This document shows, in pieces, positions 20,341 to 27,918 of a stretch of DNA of 40,359 nt. Numbering within the stretch: the stretch's first letter is position 1; the number at the start of each line of letters is the position of its first letter. The notes under the pieces were generated by a model that worked only from the letters and a program-made list of their open reading frames with translations, did not search any database and was not told where the DNA came from. This stretch comes from Candidatus Heimdallarchaeota archaeon (GTDB lineage: Archaea; Asgardarchaeota; Heimdallarchaeia; Heimdallarchaeales; Heimdallarchaeaceae), in contig JAEOSZ010000028.1 of NCBI GenBank assembly GCA_016840095.1, positions 1 to 40,359 on the forward strand, given 5' to 3'. A program made the position numbers and the translations under genes.

Positions 20341-20739
20341 ATGAGTGAACGAGAAGTGAAGTATTATAAAATGCTAACAAAATTCTATAATACTAAAATG
20401 AAAAACTTTGATGTTAAGGAAGATCTTGATGAACTAGAAGGAAAGAAAGTCTATTTCAAAATGAAAAATGCTGAAATCAATAAGGAGATTCAAGAACAAT
20501 TGCTAAAAATCCGAAAAATGAAAGAAGGAGGAAAAGGCGACAAAGCATTAAAGGAAGAAGCTAAACTCAAGAAGAAAGAATTAGCAATTGCTGAGAACAA
20601 AAAGAAGATTCAGAGTATTATGACAAAAATAGATAAGAAAAAAGGAGAATTTCAAAAAGTTAGAGCTGATATGGAAAAAGCAGAACGAGAAATTAAAACT
20701 GAATTTTCAGATAAATTTACTGAGTTATTAACTGAGTAA
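20341..20739 (+). CDS. Lys/Glu-rich coiled-coil (helical hairpin) protein
   Basis: All-helical composition with a central GGKG turn; directly upstream of the E2. Confidence 0.75.
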   Translation: MSEREVKYYKMLTKFYNTKMKNFDVKEDLDELEGKKVYFKMKNAEINKEIQEQLLKIRKMKEGGKGDKALKEEAKLKKKELAIAENKKKIQSIMTKIDKKKGEFQKVRADMEKAEREIKTEFSDKFTELLTE

Positions 20740-20864
20740 AATTTTTTGCTTCCATATTTTTTTACAACTTTTAACTGCTCTAATCTATTGATTTGATTCA
20801 TTTTCCTAAGCGTCTTTAAAACAACTTTTTTAAACAATTAAATAGCTTTGATAATTGTTAAAAC

Positions 20865-21431
20865 TTGGTTCAAACCAGACAAAATATCACTAAATTAAAG
20901 GTGACTAAAATTAGAAAACAAAGAATTATCAAAGACTATGATGCACTTAGAAAACTCCATAAGGAAGGTGTGATTAATCAAGTAAAAGCATTTCCAGGAA
21001 AGAAGAAATCAATGGAACACGTAGCTGTTGGTTTTGTTGGTCCAAAAGGAACTCCATATGCTGGCGGAAAATACAAATTAGAGATTTTATATGGTAAAAA
21101 CTATCCGTATAAACCTCCATACGTTCGACTACATACACCAATTTGGCATCCAAATTTCTGGCCAAATCCCAAAGAATATCCAAATAAAAGAAACATCTGC
21201 TTAGCTTTGGTTGATAATGAATTAGTTGGAAAACATGATGGATGGTCTCCAGCTAAGAATATTACTACGGTTATATACTCAATTCTTGCTATGTTCAATG
21301 TTGAAGGAGCTTATGTTAACCCTAAGGACGTATTTAACAAAGAAGCTGCTTTAGAATTCTTGAATGATAAGAAGAAATTCATTAAAAAGGCTTCAACAAT
21401 TAGCAAGAAATACGCTAAATCCTTCTGGTAA
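20865..21431 (+). CDS. ubiquitin-conjugating enzyme E2 (UBC fold)
   Basis: GPKGTPYAGG, YPYKPP, WHPN, catalytic Cys (NICL, codon 21198-21200), WSPA, NKEAA. Confidence 0.95.
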   Translation: MVQTRQNITKLKVTKIRKQRIIKDYDALRKLHKEGVINQVKAFPGKKKSMEHVAVGFVGPKGTPYAGGKYKLEILYGKNYPYKPPYVRLHTPIWHPNFWPNPKEYPNKRNICLALVDNELVGKHDGWSPAKNITTVIYSILAMFNVEGAYVNPKDVFNKEAALEFLNDKKKFIKKASTISKKYAKSFW

Positions 21432-21458
21432 AATAATAAAATAAAGAAGTGAGCTTTA

Positions 21459-22178
21459 ATGGAAGATGAAAATGATTTTCCTGAGCAATATAAAGTGTTG
21501 CTCAAAAAAATAGAAGCTTTAGAAAAAGCATTAGGACTTAAAGATGTTGAAGATATCCTCAAGGATAAAGTTGATGTAGAAAAAGAAATCTCCGAAGAAA
21601 CAATCACTGAGGAAGATCTACAGATTAAACAAAAGAGTGAGATAGTGATTTCACCTAAGGCATATCTTAAACTAGCTAAACATGCACTAACTTTCGCAAA
21701 TAAAAATATACCAAAGAAAGATTGGGTAGAAGTCATTGGATTACTTACTGGGAGAATAAGACATGAAGATACACCACTTGAGCAGATTTTTGTAGAAGAT
21801 TATTGGCCAGTTGACCAGGGAGATGCAATTAGTGTTGAAATTGTTGATCAAAGGATTTTTACAGAGATTTTTAACAAAAAAGACCAGGACCATTTCATTA
21901 TAGGCTGGGCCCATTCTCATCCAAGCTACTCTCCTTTTCTAAGCGATGATGATTTTCGAACACATCGTAGATATCAAACCTTTTGGAATAAATCAATAGC
22001 TGTAGTTCTTGATCCTCTAATGATATCACCAAAGAATTTTGGAGTAGGGGTTTTCAGAATACATCAAGATAAGAAATCTTACTATGATTTAACAGTGGAC
22101 ATAGATGGTTTGAGCAGTGAAGCAAATTATGAATCTATCAGTCTTTTCATGAAAAATAAGCAAGAAAATGATTCGTAA
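21459..22178 (+). CDS. JAB1/MPN+ (JAMM) metalloprotease, Rpn11/CSN5-like deconjugase
   Basis: EVIGLL and GWAHSHPSYSPFLSDDD (intact E...HxH-x7-S-x2-D). Confidence 0.95.
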   Translation: MEDENDFPEQYKVLLKKIEALEKALGLKDVEDILKDKVDVEKEISEETITEEDLQIKQKSEIVISPKAYLKLAKHALTFANKNIPKKDWVEVIGLLTGRIRHEDTPLEQIFVEDYWPVDQGDAISVEIVDQRIFTEIFNKKDQDHFIIGWAHSHPSYSPFLSDDDFRTHRRYQTFWNKSIAVVLDPLMISPKNFGVGVFRIHQDKKSYYDLTVDIDGLSSEANYESISLFMKNKQENDS

Positions 22179-22202
22179 AGTAAAAAGAAAGAAGGGCTAT
22201 AC

Positions 22203-23315
22203 TTGGAACTAAATAACATTAAGACATACTTAGCAATCGCAATAGTAGGATCAACTGTAGGAGTGCTGTATGGAGCAATTGAAAAAGATGTACCAAGAAC
22301 ACTGACTATCTTTTTCATAACTGTGTATGCTGTTATAGCCTTACGATTCATATTAGAAAGAAGACATTATAAGAAACATAAGACAATTCTTGCAAGTACT
22401 CAATTCTTGATATTGCCATTCTTGATTATGTTAATGGGAAACTATATTTCCCCTATAGCTTTCACCTACGAGATATTCGGAATAACCTCAGGGGGAGGTT
22501 CATTCTATTCTCCTTTCAATCTAATCTCAATATCGTTAATACTTCCAGTAGTTATTCTCTCAGTTTACTTTGGAAATTACTATTCAGGCAAATGGCCAGC
22601 AATTGCCATTAATAGAAAAGTAAGAAAAGGAAGAAAAATTCCCTTCTTGATACATACACTTTATGTTGCGATTTTCCTGTTAGGATTTTTCATAAACTGG
22701 CAAATTGATTTTGTATGCTTAATATTTGTTATTCTGTATATTGTGTTCATCTTCAGATACTTCATAGTAGTATATGCTGTGAAATCTAATCAACAAGTTA
22801 GTGTATCTGCCACCAGACGTTCTACTACAGCTAGATCCACTCGCTCATCAACATCAACAAGAAGAACAACTTCTTCTTCAGCAAGTAGTTCTCGTTCATC
22901 TTCAACTAGAACAACTCGACCTACTTCAACAAGAACAACAGCTAGTAGAACAACTCGATCCTCAAGTGTAAGAGTCGATCCAGGGATAGATGTAAGAACA
23001 GCAAAGACTAAAACTACTAAGAAAACTTCAACAACTAAATCTGTTTCAAAAAGTATATTCCCAATAGGAACTCCGAAGAAAGACGAGATGAAATGTATTA
23101 TCTGTTATATGGATTTTGATAAAAAAGATAAGAGAAGAATAATTTTGTGTCCAAATTGTCGTTATCCAGCTCATGAAGATGAATTCATAAGTTGGTTTAA
23201 GACATCAAGGCTTTGTGCTAGATGTAATCAAACAATTTCAACTAGATATGTAAATAACCCTAAATATCGAATAAGTATAAGAATTTATATTGAAAAAGTG
23301 ATTGAGAAGCTATAA
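22203..23315 (+). CDS. 6-TM membrane protein with S/T/R-rich linker and C-terminal RING-variant finger (putative E3 ligase)
   Basis: CIIC-x14-CPNC-x4-H-x2-E...W-x6-CARC at 23094-23225; located in the E2/JAB cluster. Confidence 0.85.
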   Translation: MELNNIKTYLAIAIVGSTVGVLYGAIEKDVPRTLTIFFITVYAVIALRFILERRHYKKHKTILASTQFLILPFLIMLMGNYISPIAFTYEIFGITSGGGSFYSPFNLISISLILPVVILSVYFGNYYSGKWPAIAINRKVRKGRKIPFLIHTLYVAIFLLGFFINWQIDFVCLIFVILYIVFIFRYFIVVYAVKSNQQVSVSATRRSTTARSTRSSTSTRRTTSSSASSSRSSSTRTTRPTSTRTTASRTTRSSSVRVDPGIDVRTAKTKTTKKTSTTKSVSKSIFPIGTPKKDEMKCIICYMDFDKKDKRRIILCPNCRYPAHEDEFISWFKTSRLCARCNQTISTRYVNNPKYRISIRIYIEKVIEKL

Positions 23316-23388
23316 AAATTAGTGTAGCCAATTATTTAAAAACTGTAAAGTTATACGCATGATGAACCATATAAACTAGGATGATAAA

Positions 23389-23976
23389 ATGGCAACTTGG
23401 AAACAATTATCTGCTGCATTCTTACTCTCTCTAACATTGGTAGGAGTATCAATCTATTTCTTCATAGAAGATAATGATTTCCTTGGAAAAGTATTCATAT
23501 TCGCAGCAATATTTGCCTTTCTAACACTTTTCGTAATTTTCAGGAGCCTGTTTTATCTAAAGCATAAAGCAACTTTTAATGAAGTATTTTTTGTTTTCAT
23601 TGTTCCACTTATACCTGTTCTTCTAATTCTAACTCAGGTATTGCTAGGAATTTATGATTCTTTCATCATAACAACAGTAGAAATAACTCCAGATTTTCCA
23701 ACTTACTTCTTTTACATTAATGCAATGGATTTTGCTCTATTACCATATTATATAGTAAGCAACTTCTTGATATTTAGAACATTCATCAGATATCCATTTA
23801 TTAGAATGAAAGGAACAAGTGAAAAAGGAGCTCCACCTAAATTCTTCGGTTTTCTGGTGATGTTTATTATTCCTGCAGTATATATTCTAACCTCATGGTT
23901 CTATTTTGAAAATCTATTCTTGGTAATCTTTGGAGGAGTTTACTTCTATTCAGCACTGTTAATGCTGTTTGTCTAA
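23389..23976 (+). CDS. 6-TM membrane protein, RING-less paralog of the E3 membrane domain
   Basis: Collinear shared motifs with 22203..23315 (IE, YxKHK, N...LP...S, [WY]PxI...KG). Confidence 0.75.
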   Translation: MATWKQLSAAFLLSLTLVGVSIYFFIEDNDFLGKVFIFAAIFAFLTLFVIFRSLFYLKHKATFNEVFFVFIVPLIPVLLILTQVLLGIYDSFIITTVEITPDFPTYFFYINAMDFALLPYYIVSNFLIFRTFIRYPFIRMKGTSEKGAPPKFFGFLVMFIIPAVYILTSWFYFENLFLVIFGGVYFYSALLMLFV

Positions 23977-23988
23977 AAAATAAAATAC

Positions 23989-24699
23989 TCATTTTGGTTT
24001 CTTTTGCTTAGGTTGCTTTGTTTGTGAAGGGTATTTCTGAGTAGGTATTTTTGATTTAGGTATTTTGTCTTGAATAATTTCTTCTATTTGAGATGCAACA
24101 GGAGATGCTCTTTCTTTCTTCTCTTTCTTCTCTTCTCTAGGAATAGGTTTTGAATCCATGCTTTCTATTTCAGAGAATTTATCTTTGTCACTTGCTGGTG
24201 GAACTTCCTCTTTTTTCTCTCTTTCTCTTTTCTCCACAGCCTTAGATTCCATACTTTCTACTTCTCTAAATCGTTCTCTCTTTGGAATTACTTCTTCTTT
24301 CTTATCTTTAGTTTTAGACTTCTTCTCTTCAGGAACATATTTTAGATCTTTAGTTTCTTTGATTTTATCTTGTTTTGGAATTTTTGACTTTGGAATCTTC
24401 TGTTTAGGAATACTTGAGCTTCTTCTAGATGTTTCTTTAAATTGCTCTCCCCTTGGTGCTTTTTCCTGAATTTTTGCTTTTGGTATCTGAGAACTACTTT
24501 TTATGCTAGTTGATTTTTTCATTTGTGATTTTGTTGGAATTGAACTTGCTCTATCCTTTTTTTCTTTTTTAGGAGGGATTAAATTTTGCTCATCTATTCT
24601 TTGTTTAGGTATTTTCTGTTTTGGAATTTTTGAATCTGATGGATACTTCTGTGAAGGAACCTTTGATGAGATGTTTTTCTTCTTCTTTTTGTTTGACAT
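23989..24699 (-). CDS. Lys-rich intrinsically disordered repeat protein (IPK/SxIP repeats)
   Basis: 236-aa ORF with KIPKQ/KIPKS repeats, QKYPS twice, FxExESMxSK twice. Confidence 0.75.
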   Translation of the reverse strand: MSNKKKKKNISSKVPSQKYPSDSKIPKQKIPKQRIDEQNLIPPKKEKKDRASSIPTKSQMKKSTSIKSSSQIPKAKIQEKAPRGEQFKETSRRSSSIPKQKIPKSKIPKQDKIKETKDLKYVPEEKKSKTKDKKEEVIPKRERFREVESMESKAVEKREREKKEEVPPASDKDKFSEIESMDSKPIPREEKKEKKERASPVASQIEEIIQDKIPKSKIPTQKYPSQTKQPKQKKPK

Positions 24700-24954
24700 A
24701 TGTAAGTCATATCCATTTATTGCCTTTCTTCTAGTTGTTCATTCCTCGAAATACCTCGAATTTCAGAACTTCTGTTTCTCTGTTCTAAGTGCTTTTAAAT
24801 ATGGTTTAGTATATCTAGTTAGTATTTCTATATTTACATTACTATTTTGCCCCTTTAGAATACTAAAGAAAAATACTTTTTATAGCGAAAAACGGTAGTT
24901 TTTTAATAGCCCTTAACAATATAGATAAATTGTAATAAACAAGGAATGGTTATT

Positions 24955-25302
24955 ATGAGCGAAGAATTTGAAGAACTATCTTTCGATGAAGAAGAAGAGG
25001 AATTTGAAGAAGAAATAATTTCTAAAACTCCTGCAAAAGAGAAGACACCAGGTGGTAAGAAAATTAGTGTTTATTTCCAAAGCACTATAGGACCATCACC
25101 AAAGCAAGAAAAACTAGTTGTTGCTACAGATGCACCAATAAATGACATCAAATACACTGTTAGTCAAATATTTGGGCTACCAGCAGATGAATTTCATTTA
25201 TCACATGCAGGTAGAACCTGTGATCCAGATGATGTCTTGGAAGATTACGGAGTTGAAGATGGAGATACCATTCTACTTATCCCAGTATCAACAGCAGGAT
25301 AA
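24955..25302 (+). CDS. ubiquitin-like modifier with acidic N-terminal extension, ending ...IPVSTAG
   Basis: beta-grasp pattern IKYTVSQIFGLP...LSHAGR...LEDYGVEDGDTILL; C-terminal Gly; adjacent to E1; alternative start 24946. Confidence 0.9.
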   Translation: MSEEFEELSFDEEEEEFEEEIISKTPAKEKTPGGKKISVYFQSTIGPSPKQEKLVVATDAPINDIKYTVSQIFGLPADEFHLSHAGRTCDPDDVLEDYGVEDGDTILLIPVSTAG

Positions 25303-25317
25303 ATAGAAATCAAAGTC

Positions 25318-25354
25318 AGAGAAAGTATTTCTCTTTCTCTTTCATTCATTTTTC
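25318..25354 (+). terminator. possible hairpin plus pyrimidine tract between UBL and E1
   Basis: AGAGAAA-GTA-TTTCTCT followed by TTCTCTTTCATTCATTTTT. Confidence 0.35.
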
Positions 25355-25401
25355 AAACAAAACTTTATTTTTTATGAACTTGTGATAGAATATTAATAGG
25401 G

Positions 25402-26661
25402 ATGTGTACAATGAACGATAAACTTAAACAACAGTCGAATTTTTTCAGTGAAATATTTTCCGAAGAAGAAACCAAAAGATTTGATAGACAACTTAGATTA
25501 CCAGGATGGAATCAAAAAGCTTTGAAAGATTCTGTTGTAGTAATTGCAGGAATTGGGGGATTAGGGACTGAAATAGCCAAGAATTTGGCAATGGCAGGAG
25601 TAGGAACAATGCACTTAATTGATTTAGATATTATTGAATACTCTAATCTTAACAGACAGATACTATTTTCAGATGCTGATGAAGGAGAACCTAAATCCAA
25701 AGTAGCTGCTAGAACTCTAAAAAAAATTAATCCATATAGTAAGTATATTTGGCATTATTCAAATCTTGAAGATGTATCTCCTGAAATTTATGCAACAGCT
25801 GATTTATTGATTGCTGGATTAGATTCTGTAACAGCGAGATCTGAACTCATCAGAAGAGCTGTTCATTTTCAAAAACATATGATTGATGGAGGAACTGCAA
25901 CTTATTATGGACATGTTTACACATATTCTCCTGGAGTGAATGCGTGTCTTCAGTGTGATCCACAAACTGAAAGAGAAAGAGAAACCCTAGCAGCTTGTAC
26001 TCTAGTTGGGATACCAAGGAAGAGATCACATTGTCTACTTAAAGGACAATTGTTTTTTGAATCTAAAAATAATAGACCTCCAGATACCTCAGCTAAAGAG
26101 GAAATGTTAATCGTTCTAGATTACGCAAATAACTTGGCTACTGAACATTTCCCTGAACAAGGTCAATTTACTCTTGATGAAGTAGTAAAGATGGTTGATC
26201 AGCATGATCCAACAATCATCACAATTAATGCTGTAATAGCTTCACTTCAATCCCAAGAAGCACTGAAGATTTTACATCATGTTAAAGGAATCAAACTTGG
26301 AACAGTTAATACAGACTATGTTATTTACAACGGTTTAGTTGGGAAGTTCTTTTATCTAGAAAAACCTCCAAATAAGAAATGTGCATTATGTGGATTACAT
26401 GCTACTATTATAGAAGAAATCACGATACCTGCTACTTCAACTGTTGATATGCTTCTTTCAATCATTAAGAACAAGGGATATAGTTATGACCCTGAATATG
26501 GGCCTTCTTTCTGGTTAATCGATAAGAAAGACCCAGAAGATGTGGAATTAAATAAAACATTGAAAGAGCAAAATATAAGAAATTTTGAAACTCTCTATGT
26601 TACTGGATTGCTGAAAAACAATAAAGAAACGGATTTGTACATAAGACTTAAACTTAGATAA
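25402..26661 (+). CDS. ubiquitin-like activating enzyme E1 (ThiF family, UBA3/UBA2-like)
   Basis: RFDRQ, GIGGLG, DLDIIEYSNLNRQ, CLQC and CALC Zn site, catalytic Cys in AACTLVGIPRKRSHC, C-terminal UFD-like region. Confidence 0.95.
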   Translation: MCTMNDKLKQQSNFFSEIFSEEETKRFDRQLRLPGWNQKALKDSVVVIAGIGGLGTEIAKNLAMAGVGTMHLIDLDIIEYSNLNRQILFSDADEGEPKSKVAARTLKKINPYSKYIWHYSNLEDVSPEIYATADLLIAGLDSVTARSELIRRAVHFQKHMIDGGTATYYGHVYTYSPGVNACLQCDPQTERERETLAACTLVGIPRKRSHCLLKGQLFFESKNNRPPDTSAKEEMLIVLDYANNLATEHFPEQGQFTLDEVVKMVDQHDPTIITINAVIASLQSQEALKILHHVKGIKLGTVNTDYVIYNGLVGKFFYLEKPPNKKCALCGLHATIIEEITIPATSTVDMLLSIIKNKGYSYDPEYGPSFWLIDKKDPEDVELNKTLKEQNIRNFETLYVTGLLKNNKETDLYIRLKLR

Positions 26662-26696
26662 TGAGTTTTTCTTTGAAAAATTTGAAAAAATAAGGG

Positions 26697-26720
26697 TGAA
26701 ACAAAGTTAGATTTGTTTCA
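26697..26720 (-). terminator. hairpin between convergent E1 and csp genes
   Basis: TGAAACAAA-N6-TTTGTTTCA (9-bp stem) followed on the minus strand by a U-rich run. Confidence 0.5.
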
Positions 26721-26768
26721 AGTAAAAATCTTAGTTGATTTAGATTCCTTAGAATTTTCTTAACTTGA

Positions 26769-26966
26769 TTAAGCTTTAACCAATTCTGTAGCTTGTGAAC
26801 CTCTATCAGTTTCTTCAATCTCGAATTCTACTTCGTCTCCTTCTTTTAGAGCATTAAAGTCTTCTTTACATCCAGTTCTGTGGAAGAATATGTCTTTTTC
26901 TTCTCCTTCGACATTGACGAACCCATAATTTCGGTCATACATTATTCTCTTAATAACACCTTTCAA
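26769..26966 (-). CDS. csp: cold-shock domain protein 1 (65 aa, TTG start)
   Basis: RNP1 RNYGFV, RNP2 IFFH, LKEGDEVEFEI; GGAGG SD at 26974-26978. Confidence 0.93.
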   Translation of the reverse strand: MKGVIKRIMYDRNYGFVNVEGEEKDIFFHRTGCKEDFNALKEGDEVEFEIEETDRGSQATELVKA

Positions 26967-27130
26967 TTGGATTCCTCCATTTTTTTGTTCATATTGGAAC
27001 ATTTACTGTTTCAATCTCAATTAAAAACAAGCACTTAGAAAATTATTACTCTTTTAAAGAACTAAAACAATCCAAATACAATATTTTTAACTTGCATAGA
27101 TAAAATGGAGTGGGGATTTATAAATAATAT
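26967..27130 (-). promoter_or_regulatory. csp1 promoter and long structured 5' leader
   Basis: TTTATAAA at 27117-27124; shared box at 27058-27072; hairpin at 27007-27029. Confidence 0.55.
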
Positions 27131-27153
27131 GTTTGACCCTTAAACATGAATCG

Positions 27154-27537
27154 TTATTCTCCTTGTAAAAGAATATAGTAGATATTGTAAATCATTCTCT
27201 GTAGCTTCCCATCTTCTTGTGTCTTCTTGTAAATCGATTTAAGGTCAACTTTGTTTCCTGATTTCTCAGTCAAATTAAATTCATCTTCAGTTCGAGAGTA
27301 ATGGAAATCGAATTCACCTTCAAAAAACTTCTTCAGAAAACTTACTTTTCCTTCTTCTAAAATATCTTCAAATTCCCAATAAGAAATCCCAAAACCTGCT
27401 TCAGGGGGGAGTATTCCTTGTTTAATTGAGTTAAGTACAATCTCTTCTTCTTTGCAATGTGGACACTTAACTAGTTTAAAGAGATCTTTGTAGTCTTCAT
27501 CAAAATCCTTTTTACAGTTTTTACAAGTGAACTTCAT
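27154..27537 (-). CDS. N-terminal zinc-ribbon hypothetical protein
   Basis: MKFTCKNC...KCPHC; start moved to ATG 27537. Confidence 0.7.
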   Translation of the reverse strand: MKFTCKNCKKDFDEDYKDLFKLVKCPHCKEEEIVLNSIKQGILPPEAGFGISYWEFEDILEEGKVSFLKKFFEGEFDFHYSRTEDEFNLTEKSGNKVDLKSIYKKTQEDGKLQRMIYNIYYILLQGE

Positions 27538-27630
27538 CCTATTACAGTAAGAATATTGACTTATAAGAGTATGCAAAAAAAATTATATCCTCATTTTTCT
27601 CTCTAAAAAGGTTCAAGAACACTATAGTGG

Positions 27631-27810
27631 ATGATGATGGATGATTGTATAATTGGCAGAGCATATTATGTTGTTGGCTCCTACATAACAAAAACCATAG
27701 ATGAAGAGCTTGGAAGAGAGGTTTTGAAAAAGAAATTACTTGAAGGTCCTGTATCTCTTATCATTACTTATAACCAAACTGCAAAAGAAGATCTGAAGAT
27801 TTTGTTTTAG
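27631..27810 (+). pseudogene. 59-codon fragment resembling the C-terminus of a putative Zn-dependent protease (DUF5700-like)
   Basis: RAYYVVGSYITKTIDEELGREVL...GPVSLIITYN; no N-terminal part present; family call from memory. Confidence 0.4.
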
Positions 27811-27918
27811 ATAAACTTCACAATCTATTCTTCAAGACTTTATTTGTTAAGTGAATTTCAATACCGTAAATAGAATTGAAGTTCCTGCAAATGGATAATA
27901 AACATGATTGGAATTGAT

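Noticed and set aside
20341-20739. ESCRT-III/Snf7 assignment for the coiled-coil protein
   Set aside because: Too short, no acidic C-terminal half or MIM-like tail recognised, and no Vps4 nearby
24744-24786. CCTCGAA direct repeat and short inverted repeat in the divergent IDP/UBL intergenic region
   Set aside because: Too short to distinguish from chance without orthologous sequences
24158-24898. Plus-strand 103-aa and 131-aa Phe/Leu/Ser-rich ORFs that would keep the UBL operon co-directional
   Set aside because: Composition is the antisense shadow of the Lys/Glu-rich minus-strand ORF, whose repeats are coherent at the protein level
26967-27002. N-terminal extension of csp1 (and 34914-34973 for csp3) in the ORF track
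   Set aside because: GGAGG SD sites and alignment with csp2 place the starts at 26966 and 34913; the extensions are leader sequence
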